A stretch of DNA of 64,000 nt, taken from assembly GCA_963644915.1 (NCBI GenBank), contig CAVIQW010000002.1, forward strand, positions 44,724-108,723. The letters run 5' to 3'. The position numbers and the translations under genes are program-made. Numbering within the stretch: the first letter of the stretch is position 1; the number at the start of each line of letters is the position of its first letter. The notes beneath the pieces were generated by a model, which was not told the DNA's origin, searched no databases, and was given only the letters and a program-made list of their open reading frames with translations. Source of the DNA: Paratractidigestivibacter sp. Its GTDB lineage: Bacteria > Spirochaetota > Spirochaetia > Treponematales > Treponemataceae. This document shows positions 30,770 through 38,790 of the stretch, piece after piece.

Positions 30770-31225
30770 ATGTATATGTTTTTTATGAATAACCTTATGT
30801 GGTTTTGGCTTGCAGTTATGGTTGTCTGTATTGTTGTTGAGGCGGCGACTTTTGCGCTTACAACGGTATGGGGTGCAATTTCTGCACTGGTGATGATTTT
30901 TGTAAGCAAGACGAATATGTCGCTAAAATGGCAGTTGGTTCTTTTTCTTGTGATGACAATTGTTCTTGTGCTTACAACGCGTCCGTTTGCAGTAAAAAAA
31001 CTAAAGCTTGGAAAAGACAAGATGAATGTAAATTCTATGGAAGGTCAGGAAGTTCTTGTAATAAAGAAAATCTCCAAGTTTGAAAAAGGCGAGGTAAAAG
31101 CCAAAAACGGTGTGATTTGGAGCGCGAAAAATGCAGACGAGCAGGATGATTCTGAAATTTCAGAGGGTTCTGTCTGTGTAATTTCAAATGTTGATGGAAA
31201 CACTCTTTCTGTAAAAAGAAAATAG
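30770..31225 (+). CDS. NfeD-family membrane protein
   Basis: 151 aa. N-terminal TM helices and a C-terminal OB-like domain. Immediately upstream of an SPFH gene, which is the classic NfeD-SPFH pairing. Confidence 0.8.
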   Translation: MYMFFMNNLMWFWLAVMVVCIVVEAATFALTTVWGAISALVMIFVSKTNMSLKWQLVLFLVMTIVLVLTTRPFAVKKLKLGKDKMNVNSMEGQEVLVIKKISKFEKGEVKAKNGVIWSAKNADEQDDSEISEGSVCVISNVDGNTLSVKRK

Positions 31226-31243
31226 ATAATCAAGGAGATTTTT

Positions 31244-32134
31244 ATGGGTTTTATGTGGGTGATTATTGCACTGCTTGTGATTGTGCTGATTTTGATTCTT
31301 GTGAATGTAAGAGTTGTTCCGCAATCAAAAGCGTTTGTTATTGAGCGGCTTGGGGCTTATTGTTCAACATGGAACGTTGGGCTTCATGTAAAATTTCCGT
31401 TCATAGACCGAATTGCAAATGTTATGAGTTTAAAAGAGCGGGTTATGGATTTTCCTCCTCAGCCAGTTATTACAAAAGACAATGTTACAATGCAGATTGA
31501 CACTGTTGTTTACTGCCAGGTTACAGATCCGAAATTGTACACTTATGGCGTTGAAAACCCTTTAAAAGCACTTGAAAATTTAACGGCAACAACTTTGCGA
31601 AACATAATCGGCGAACTTGAACTTGATGAAACTTTGACTAGTCGCGACGTGATAAATACAAAAATGCGTTCAATCCTTGACGAGGCGACTGACCCTTGGG
31701 GATTAAAAGTAACACGCGTTGAAGTAAAGAACATTGAACCGCCGCAGGCAATCCGCGAGGCAATGGAAAAGCAGATGCGTGCAGAACGAGAACGCCGTGA
31801 GCAAATTCTTATTGCAGAAGGTCATAAACAGTCTGCAATTCTTGAGGCTGAAGGACAAAAACAGGCATTGATTCTTGAGGCGGAAGCACAAAAAGAAGCG
31901 GCTGTTCAAAAGGCAAAAGGTGAGGCGGAGGCAATCCGTGAAGTTCAGGAGGCAACTGCTCAAGGTCTAAAGATGATAAAAGATTCTGCCCCAGATGATG
32001 CAGTAATCCGCTTGCGTGCGCTCGAAGCGTTTGAAAAAGCCGCGGATGGTCAGGCAACAAAAATTATTATTCCTTCGGATATTCAGGCGGTGGCAGGGCT
32101 TGTAGCAAGTCTTTCTGCGGTCGGAAAAAAATAA
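31244..32134 (+). CDS. SPFH/Band-7 (stomatin/prohibitin-like) protein
   Basis: 296 aa. N-terminal TM, SPFH domain, and an Ala/Glu/Lys-rich coiled coil (EAEGQKQALILEAEAQKEAAVQKAKGEAEA). AAGGAG RBS. Confidence 0.9.
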   Translation: MGFMWVIIALLVIVLILILVNVRVVPQSKAFVIERLGAYCSTWNVGLHVKFPFIDRIANVMSLKERVMDFPPQPVITKDNVTMQIDTVVYCQVTDPKLYTYGVENPLKALENLTATTLRNIIGELELDETLTSRDVINTKMRSILDEATDPWGLKVTRVEVKNIEPPQAIREAMEKQMRAERERREQILIAEGHKQSAILEAEGQKQALILEAEAQKEAAVQKAKGEAEAIREVQEATAQGLKMIKDSAPDDAVIRLRALEAFEKAADGQATKIIIPSDIQAVAGLVASLSAVGKK

Positions 32135-32174
32135 GTTTTTCAAAAAAAATGTTATTCAGGAATACAGGTTAAAT

Positions 32175-32216
32175 AAAAAAGGGGCTGTCCGTTCTTTTTG
32201 GACAGCCCCTTTTTTT
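32175..32216. terminator. Bidirectional rho-independent terminator between convergent genes
   Basis: 10-bp GC-rich stem GGGGCTGTCC / GGACAGCCCC flanked by A6 and T7. Confidence 0.85.
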
Positions 32217-33564
32217 ATTCGTAATCTTTGTTTACTTCAAGAACTGCGGATTCAAAAATTTTCATTGCAGTATCAATTTCTTCGTCCGTAACAGTAAGGG
32301 CACAAAGACAGCGCATTACAGAGCCGCTTCTTCCGCCTTTTTCCATTACAAGTTTGTTTTTAAAGCAAATGTTCTGAACTTTTGCGGCGGCTTCTCCGTT
32401 TGGCGGAAATAAACCGCAGCAGTCTTTTGTTCCTTTTGGATTTATAAATTCACAGCCAATCATAAGTCCTTTTCCGCGGACATCGCCAATAATGCTGACT
32501 TTTTCTTTTAAGTTATTCATCCGCGACATTATAAGGTTTCCCTTGCGGATAACTTCGGCAAGGAATTCTGGCTTTGAAACTCTGTTCAAAACAATTGTTC
32601 CGGCTTTCATTGCGAGTTGATTTCCGCGGAAAGTTCCTGTGTGTGCGCCTGGTCCCCAAACATCAAGTTTTTTGTTGTAGATTACAATAGAAAGTGGCTG
32701 GGAACCGCCAATCGCTTTTGAAACAAGAATTACATCTGGAACAATATCCGCATATTCAAAGGCAAAGAGTTTTCCGCTTCTGCCCATTCCACATTGTATT
32801 TCGTCCACAATCATCGGAATCTCAAGTTCTTTTGTTACACGGCGTACAGTCTGAAGAAATTTTACCGGTGCTGGATTTACTCCGCCTTCACCTTGGATTG
32901 CCTCAAGAATAACCGCCGCTGGTTTTGTGATTCCGCTTTCTGGATCTTTTAAGGTTGTTTCAAAATAGTTGCAGGCTGCGTCAATTGCCGCTTCTCCCCT
33001 AAGTCCAAAATGATTTCTGTATGTGTCTGGATAAGGAAAATGCTGAACTCCAGGCATTAAACCGTTGACCTTGTTTTTTGCGCCAAGGTTTCCAGTGCAG
33101 GAAAGCGCTCCGTGTCCCATTCCGTGGAATCCACCCTGAAAAACTATTATATTTGTGCGCCCTGTTGCTGTTTTGCAAAGTTTTAGAGCGGCATCTGTTG
33201 CATCTGTTCCGCTAGGTGAACAAAATTGAATTTTGCAGTTTTCAGCAAGTTCTTTTGGCAACTTAGAAATTACAGTCTGAATAAATTCATCTTTTACTGG
33301 GGTGGTTAAATCAAGCGTGTGCAGCGGAAAATCGCTTTTTAGCAATTCAATCATTGCCTGATTAATTTCATCATCATTGTGACCAAGTGCAAGAGTTCCT
33401 GCTCCGCACAAAAAATCCAGATATTTGTTTCCCTCAATGTCCTCAACCCAAGATCCTTTGGCTTTTGCCAGTGCAAATGGAAATTTGCGCGGATAACTTC
33501 GGGCATTAGATTCTGTGGAATCCTGTCTGGTAATGTAATACTGATTGGTGTCTTTTTCTGACAT
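32215..33564 (-). CDS. dat: Diaminobutyrate--2-oxoglutarate aminotransferase (class III aminotransferase)
   Basis: 449 aa. The N-terminal signature YYITRQDSTESNARSYPRKFPFALAKAKGSWVEDIEGNKYLDFLCGAGTLALGHN is characteristic of Dat/EctB-type DABA transaminases. Confidence 0.85.
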   Translation of the reverse strand: MSEKDTNQYYITRQDSTESNARSYPRKFPFALAKAKGSWVEDIEGNKYLDFLCGAGTLALGHNDDEINQAMIELLKSDFPLHTLDLTTPVKDEFIQTVISKLPKELAENCKIQFCSPSGTDATDAALKLCKTATGRTNIIVFQGGFHGMGHGALSCTGNLGAKNKVNGLMPGVQHFPYPDTYRNHFGLRGEAAIDAACNYFETTLKDPESGITKPAAVILEAIQGEGGVNPAPVKFLQTVRRVTKELEIPMIVDEIQCGMGRSGKLFAFEYADIVPDVILVSKAIGGSQPLSIVIYNKKLDVWGPGAHTGTFRGNQLAMKAGTIVLNRVSKPEFLAEVIRKGNLIMSRMNNLKEKVSIIGDVRGKGLMIGCEFINPKGTKDCCGLFPPNGEAAAKVQNICFKNKLVMEKGGRSGSVMRCLCALTVTDEEIDTAMKIFESAVLEVNKDYE

Positions 33565-33685
33565 CGACGTTCTCCATTACTTAGGATTATGTTTCCCGGC
33601 CGCTGACAACGGCAGTGTTTTATGTCGGGAGTGAATAGCATAACCTAAAAACAAGATAATGTCATTGCTTTTTGAAAAATCCTTG

Positions 33686-33718
33686 TATTTTGACATATTG
33701 ACTAAAAATGTCAAAATA
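33686..33718. promoter_or_regulatory. Perfect 11-bp inverted repeat (operator candidate) in the dat/fabF divergent spacer
   Basis: TATTTTGACAT (33686-33696), 11-nt spacer, ATGTCAAAATA (33708-33718). Confidence 0.45.
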
Positions 33719-33726
33719 ATTTATCC

Positions 33727-33754
33727 TTGAAAGATATTATATTTGCGATATAAT
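33727..33754 (+). promoter_or_regulatory. Sigma70-type promoter candidate for fabF
   Basis: TTGAAA (33727-33732), 16-nt spacer, TATAAT (33749-33754), about 30 nt upstream of the fabF ATG. Confidence 0.5.
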
Positions 33755-33783
33755 TTTTTTAGTTTGTTTTTATGGGAGACAAA

Positions 33784-35043
33784 ATGAGTCAACGTCGGGT
33801 TGTGGTTACAGGATTGGGTGCTGTAAGTCCCGTTGGAAATAATGTAAAAGAAAGTTGGGAATCTATAAAAGCAGGAAAAAGTGGAGTTGATAAAATTACG
33901 CTTTTTGATGCGTCGGATTATTCTGTTCAGATTGATGCGGAAGTAAAGAATTTTAGTATTGAGCAATATGGTCTTGAAAAGAAAATTCTTAGAAAGATAA
34001 ACCGCCAGACACGATTTTTGCTTGGAGCGAGCATTGAAGCGGTGGCCGACGCTGGTTATACAAAAGAAACAATCGGAAGTGAAAATGTTGGAATTGTAAA
34101 CGGTGTTGGAATCGGACTTAACGAGGCGGTTGAGGCTGGATACAAAAAATATGATGACCCGAACGCTGGTGTTAACCGTTTGCCCCCTTTGACTGCTCCA
34201 TTGGCTTTGAACAACGAGGCCGCGGCAAATGTCAGTATGTATTTTAATATTCAGGGACCTGCGTGGACTTTGTCTACGGCTTGTTCTTCTGGAACGGATT
34301 CAATTGGGCTTGCGCTTGATATGATTAGACTTGGTCGCATTGATATGGCTCTTGCTTGTGGCTCTGATGCAAATATTACAGGATTTAATGTTGGTTGCTA
34401 TCAGGTTTTGCAGGCACTTACTCAGAATTTTAATGATAATCCAAAAGTTGCTAGCCGTCCGTTTGACAAGAACCGTTCAGGATTTGTGATGGGAGAAGGT
34501 GCCGCCGTTTTGGTTCTTGAGGAGTTGGAACACGCGAAAGCCCGTGGTGCAAAAATTTATGCTGAAGTTGCCGGGTTTGGAGCAACAAGCGATGCGTATC
34601 ATATTACTGCGCCGCGTGAAGATGGCTCCGGTGGAGCAAAGGCGATGCAGATTGCGCTAAAAGATGCAGGATTGGGGCCGGAGCAGATTCAGTATTACAA
34701 TGCGCATGGAACTTCTACTGGTGCGAATGATTCTGCGGAAACAAAAATGCTGAAAAATGTGTTTGGAGATTATGCGTATAAGTTGCATATTTCTTCTACA
34801 AAATCAGAAACAGGACATATGATTGGTGCGGCCGGAACAATGGAGGCGATTGTCTGTGTAAAGGCAATTGAGGAAGGTTTTGTTCCGCCGACAGCAAATC
34901 TTGAGAAGCCTGATTTGGAGCATGGTTGCGACCTTGATTATACTCCAAAAACAGGCGTAAAGTGCAACATTGAAGTTGCCGCAAGTTGCTCTTTGGGATT
35001 TGGCGGACACAACGGCTGTATAATATTGAAGAAATATAAGTAG
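33784..35043 (+). CDS. fabF: 3-oxoacyl-ACP synthase II
   Basis: MSQRRVVVTGLGAVSPVGN... The active-site Cys context is STACSSG, and HGTSTG and GHMIGAAG motifs are present. I prefer the ATG at 33784 (GGGAGA RBS) over the track start at 33772. Confidence 0.93.
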   Translation: MSQRRVVVTGLGAVSPVGNNVKESWESIKAGKSGVDKITLFDASDYSVQIDAEVKNFSIEQYGLEKKILRKINRQTRFLLGASIEAVADAGYTKETIGSENVGIVNGVGIGLNEAVEAGYKKYDDPNAGVNRLPPLTAPLALNNEAAANVSMYFNIQGPAWTLSTACSSGTDSIGLALDMIRLGRIDMALACGSDANITGFNVGCYQVLQALTQNFNDNPKVASRPFDKNRSGFVMGEGAAVLVLEELEHAKARGAKIYAEVAGFGATSDAYHITAPREDGSGGAKAMQIALKDAGLGPEQIQYYNAHGTSTGANDSAETKMLKNVFGDYAYKLHISSTKSETGHMIGAAGTMEAIVCVKAIEEGFVPPTANLEKPDLEHGCDLDYTPKTGVKCNIEVAASCSLGFGGHNGCIILKKYK

Positions 35044-35055
35044 CGAAAAAAATTG

Positions 35056-35127
35056 TGGGGCGTTACGGGGTGTCCCCGTTAGAGGGGGTAGGTGGCAACA
35101 AAGTGCCACCGAGGGGCAGACGCCCCA
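35056..35127 (+). repeat. GC-rich structured intergenic repeat, copy 1 (three-way junction)
   Basis: Closing stem TGGGGCGT (35056-35063) / ACGCCCCA (35120-35127). Hairpin ACGGGG-TGT-CCCCGT (35065-35079). Hairpin GGTGGCA-ACAAAG-TGCCACC (35091-35110). It shares GGGGCGTTAYGGGG and GGGGTAG cores with 61462-61538 and 63902-63971. Confidence 0.6.
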
Positions 35128-35188
35128 TCCATACTTTGACTGTCGACTGAAAAAAGAATTTATATAAATGGAAGTTTAAGGAGTTATT

Positions 35189-36442
35189 ATGCCAGTTATT
35201 AAACCTATGGTAAGAAGCAGTATGTGTATTAATTCGCATCCTGTTGGTTGTGCTAAAGACACTGAACGTCAGATTGCGTATGTAAAGGCTCAGAAAGCTA
35301 AGCGCGGAACAAAAAGTGTAAAGGAAGGCGGAAAAGGTCCTGAGCTTGTTTTGGTTCTCGGATGTTCTACAGGTTATGGACTTGCTAGCCGAATTGCCGC
35401 CGCATTTGAATATGGTGCTGATACAATTGGCGTTTCTTTTGAAAAGGCTGCTACAGATAAAAAGGGCGGAACTCCTGGATGGTATAACAATGCCGCGTTT
35501 GACCGTGCCGCTGAAAAGGATGGTCTTTTTGCAAAAACGTTTAGTGCGGACGCTTATTCAAATGAAACTCGTGCAATGGTTATTGATGAGATTAAAAAGA
35601 CTGGAAAAAAGGTTGATTTGATTGTTTATTCACTTGCTTCTCCGGTTCGTTCAGACCCTGAAAAAATTGATTCAGCTACTGGTCAGCACGTTCTTTATAA
35701 GTCTGTTATTAAGCCGATTGGAAAAACTTATGCAGGTCAGGCAATTGATATTATGTCTGAAACCTTAAAGGATGCGGCTGCAGAGCCTGCTTCTGAAGAG
35801 GAGATTGCAAATACAGTAAAGGTTATGGGTGGCGAAGACTGGCAACTTTGGATTGATGCTTTGCAGAATGCCGGTGTTTTGAACAATGGTTGCCGCACAG
35901 TTGCATATTCTTACATTGGACCAAAATTGAGCCACGCAATTTACCGTGATGGAACAATTGGTCAGGCAAAAAAGGATTTGGAGGCAACGGCTCACCGTTT
36001 GAACGAGCAGCTTGAAAAGGCTGTTGGTGGTGCGGCTTATGTTTCTGTGAATAAAGGTCTTGTAACTCGTTCTTCTGCGGTTATTCCGATTATTTCGCTT
36101 TATCTTTCTGTGTTGTTTAAGGTTATGAAGGCAAAGGGGACACACGAAGGTTGTATTGAACAGATGGAACGTTTGTTTGCTGAACGTCTTTTTACGGGTG
36201 CAGACGGCGCGGCTGGAACAGTTCCGGTTGATTCGGAGAATAGAATCCGTGTTGATGACTGGGAAATGGCTGATGATGTTCAGGCGGAAGTTGCAAAGCT
36301 TATGGATGGCGTAACTCAGGAAAATCTTGCGGAACGCTGCGACCTTGAAGGTTATAAGCATGATTTCTTGAATATCAATGGTTTTGATGTTGATGGCGTT
36401 GATTACGATAGGGAAATTACAGATATGTCAGCATTGGACTAA
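35189..36442 (+). CDS. fabV: Trans-2-enoyl-CoA/ACP reductase (FabV/TER family)
   Basis: 417 aa. The N-terminus PVIKPMVRSSMCINSHPVGC and the overall sequence are typical of the FabV/TER family, whose Treponema denticola member is a well-characterised TER. AAGGAG RBS. Confidence 0.9.
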   Translation: MPVIKPMVRSSMCINSHPVGCAKDTERQIAYVKAQKAKRGTKSVKEGGKGPELVLVLGCSTGYGLASRIAAAFEYGADTIGVSFEKAATDKKGGTPGWYNNAAFDRAAEKDGLFAKTFSADAYSNETRAMVIDEIKKTGKKVDLIVYSLASPVRSDPEKIDSATGQHVLYKSVIKPIGKTYAGQAIDIMSETLKDAAAEPASEEEIANTVKVMGGEDWQLWIDALQNAGVLNNGCRTVAYSYIGPKLSHAIYRDGTIGQAKKDLEATAHRLNEQLEKAVGGAAYVSVNKGLVTRSSAVIPIISLYLSVLFKVMKAKGTHEGCIEQMERLFAERLFTGADGAAGTVPVDSENRIRVDDWEMADDVQAEVAKLMDGVTQENLAERCDLEGYKHDFLNINGFDVDGVDYDREITDMSALD

Positions 36443-36536
36443 AACTTGGTAGTTGTTTTATCAAAACTTGACATTTGGTTTGTTCAAGAAGGCGAGGTTC
36501 TTAGACTGGAAAGTTTTTGTGGACTTCGCCTTTTTT

Positions 36537-36944
36537 TTAGTGTCGGTTGCAGTTTCCGCAGCCGTTTACGATTACGTGGGGTGTTCCGCTTTTTGTTTTG
36601 TTGAATCTTCGTGCAAGCAGGTATTGGTTTTGTTCAACGCTTTTATGGCAGACTGGGCAAGTTCTTTTTACACCGGGGACGCACCGTGGAAAGCAATGCG
36701 GACAGCCGTAGATGTAACAAATCTGGTCATTTACTTGACCGTTTGTGACAAAGACTTTTGAAACAATATTTTCCCCCGGAATAAGTTTTGTTCCGCATAC
36801 TGGGCAACTTACCAGACTTCCCGGGCACGCAACGCTATTTTTGTGCTTTGCAACGTTTTTCTTTTTTTGAAAATATAGATTCGTAAAATACATTAATGCC
36901 GCAACTAAGACAATTGCGGCAATTCCCATCAGTAGAAAATCCAT
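36537..36944 (-). CDS. Membrane-anchored cysteine-rich (multi-CxxC zinc-ribbon) protein, unknown function
   Basis: 135 aa. N-terminal TM helix followed by CPGSLVSCPVCG, CPHCFPRC, CPVCHK and CGNCNRH. The start overlaps the upstream gene's stop (TAATG). Confidence 0.7.
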   Translation of the reverse strand: MDFLLMGIAAIVLVAALMYFTNLYFQKKKNVAKHKNSVACPGSLVSCPVCGTKLIPGENIVSKVFVTNGQVNDQICYIYGCPHCFPRCVPGVKRTCPVCHKSVEQNQYLLARRFNKTKSGTPHVIVNGCGNCNRH

Positions 36945-37567
36945 TATTTTTTAGGCAAGATTATTAAGTTGCTCTGCGGAAGTTCTTCTATCCAGTGGCA
37001 AAAGGTGTGCCATTCGTCAAGCCGGTGGTTTTTGCGGGTTTCGTAAATGCCCTGCAAAACTTGATAGTTCAGCTGGACGGTCGCTTTTTGGTTCAGGGAG
37101 GCTGGCAAAAGCTGAATCATCTGCCACCAGTCGTCCTTGTTTTTTGTTTCGTTGAACCGGTTTCGTGCAGAATTTATTGTGGAAATCAAAATGTCTAAAC
37201 TTTTTAAAGATTCTTCGTTAAGGTGTTCACATGAAAAATCTTCGCGGACAAATTCCTTTGCCTGAACTTTGTGCATTGTGGAGCAGCTGTTTCTTACAGT
37301 TCCTACTTTATAGGTGTCCATTTCTGCCCACCAGTATCTAGGTGCGGTTATGTCAAACTGTACAGTTATGTATCTAAGAAATTTTGCGTGGCTTGGACCG
37401 GAACGGCTGAGTCTGTCCATTAAATCTATGTCGGCAGGTCCTACAACGTATTTTCTGGTTGAGGCGTCATAATGGCTGTCGCTTTTATCCCAACTGTTAA
37501 AAGAATTTCTCATGCCACGAATGGCCGCTTCCCAGCCAAAAATTTCTGTTTTTTCAATTTTAATCAT
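36944..37567 (-). CDS. Divergent ThyX-fold (Thy1-like) protein lacking the canonical RHR/SQRY motif
   Basis: 207 aa. By-eye collinearity with flavin-dependent thymidylate synthase blocks: GPSHAKFLRY vs GHxSxLEH; FDITAPRYWWAEMDTYKVGTVRNSCSTMHK vs F.I.G.SR....QL.RHR..S..Q.S.RY; LLPASLNQKATVQLNYQVLQGIYETR vs ..LP....T....T.N.R.L.HF..LR. Confidence 0.6.
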   Translation of the reverse strand: MIKIEKTEIFGWEAAIRGMRNSFNSWDKSDSHYDASTRKYVVGPADIDLMDRLSRSGPSHAKFLRYITVQFDITAPRYWWAEMDTYKVGTVRNSCSTMHKVQAKEFVREDFSCEHLNEESLKSLDILISTINSARNRFNETKNKDDWWQMIQLLPASLNQKATVQLNYQVLQGIYETRKNHRLDEWHTFCHWIEELPQSNLIILPKK

Positions 37568-37593
37568 TTTTTTATACCAGTTATTATTTTTTT

Positions 37594-38169
37594 TTAAGAA
37601 TTTGTTAAGTCGCCGGAAATGTCATCCATCACTTGAACAGGTTCTTGAACCAATGGCTTGTTTTTTATGTAAAAGACAACAAGTGCAATGCCGACAAGCG
37701 TGAGTACGATTCCTGCGATTCGCACAAGAGCCGTTCCTACATGGACTGGAATAAGGAGCATAACCAGTGCCAAAATAATAGAAATAACTGCTTCGGTTAT
37801 AAACTGTCGGCGGTCAATGTTTGTGTCCTGCAGTTTTCCGCAAGAAAACAAAAGAAGAATAGAGCCCGCCAAAAGATAAATTGCAAGGACGTAAAGCATT
37901 ACAGTCCAGATCATTTCTGCAAAATGTAAAGGCAGGAAAAACGCTAAAAGTCCGATAACAATGCTAAGCATTCCCCTGATGATTACGGAATATTGAAAAG
38001 CCGCATCGGGAAAGAGTTTTCTTGTGTAAACCAGCTGGTAAATACCATTTGCAACAGCTTCGATTCCAAGGATTATAACAACCGCTTTTATGCATCCTGC
38101 TGGAGTGATGGTCATGATCAAACCAACAACAGCAAGAATGATTCCAAGTAACAGACTATTTTTTTTCAT
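37594..38169 (-). CDS. HdeD/DUF308-family integral membrane protein
   Basis: 191 aa with six predicted TM segments and repeated short hydrophobic units typical of DUF308. Confidence 0.7.
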   Translation of the reverse strand: MKKNSLLLGIILAVVGLIMTITPAGCIKAVVIILGIEAVANGIYQLVYTRKLFPDAAFQYSVIIRGMLSIVIGLLAFFLPLHFAEMIWTVMLYVLAIYLLAGSILLLFSCGKLQDTNIDRRQFITEAVISIILALVMLLIPVHVGTALVRIAGIVLTLVGIALVVFYIKNKPLVQEPVQVMDDISGDLTNS

Positions 38170-38498
38170 AGCTCCTCCACATCTTTCTGTAAGACCAAAA
38201 GTCTAGTTTTATAAATTCAATTTATGGATTTAATAAAAAACCGAACATTCGTCTTATAATATAACATAAATTTCGGGAATCTGTATATTGAAAGAAAATT
38301 TTATTTTTAGGTTGAATGTTGTTTTTTTTCGGGCAAACGGATTAGCATTGTTGTAAGAGAGTTACGAATTTTCAATTGCGAAGTTTTTTGACCTAGTGAT
38401 GTGAAGGTTTTATGTTTTTTTAATTTTTTTTATAGTTTTTCTGTTTTTGCTGTTGACATCAACTTTGAATTCCTATATCTTATGTATACATCTTTTTT

Positions 38499-38584
38499 GG
38501 AGCGATACCAAAGCGGTCGTACTGGGGCGGTCTTGAAAACCGTTGATCTTCACGGGTCCGGGGGTTCGAATCCCTCTCGCTCCG
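38499..38584 (+). tRNA. tRNA-Ser (anticodon TGA)
   Basis: Manual cloverleaf. Acceptor GGAGCGA/TCGCTCC, anticodon loop CTTGAAA, long variable arm, T-loop GGTTCGAATCC. No encoded CCA. Confidence 0.9.
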
Positions 38585-38590
38585 ATAGCT

Positions 38591-38675
38591 GGAGGTGTGG
38601 TAGAGCGGTAATACAACGGATTGCTAATCCGTCAGTTCCGAAAGGGCTGGGCAGGTTCAACTCCTGTCGCCTCCG
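38591..38675 (+). tRNA. tRNA-Ser (anticodon GCT)
   Basis: Acceptor GGAGGTG/CGCCTCC, anticodon stem ACGGA/TCCGT with loop TTGCTAA, long variable arm, T-loop GGTTCAACTCC. Confidence 0.9.
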
Positions 38676-38707
38676 AAATCACACAGCTTTAGCTGACATA
38701 TTTGAAT

Positions 38708-38782
38708 GAGATTGTAGCTCAGCTGGATTAGAGCACCACCCTGCGGAGGTGGGGGTCGCACGTTCGAATCGTGTCAGTCTCA
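38708..38782 (+). tRNA. tRNA-Arg (anticodon GCG as read by eye)
   Basis: Acceptor GAGATTG/CAGTCTC, D-arm GCTCAGCTGGATTAGAGC, anticodon stem CCACC/GGTGG with loop CTGCGGA, T-arm GCACGTTCGAATCGTGT. Confidence 0.8.
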
Positions 38783-38790
38783 AGGCTTGT

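Noticed and set aside
36453-36761. 102-aa plus-strand ORF downstream of fabV
   Set aside because: It overlaps the fabV terminator and runs antisense to the Cys-rich minus-strand gene, which has translational coupling to its upstream neighbour. It has no RBS and a hydrophobic nonsense-like sequence.
38401-38709. 102-aa plus-strand ORF
   Set aside because: It reads straight through two tRNA-Ser genes and their promoter region. The cloverleaf structures explain the sequence.
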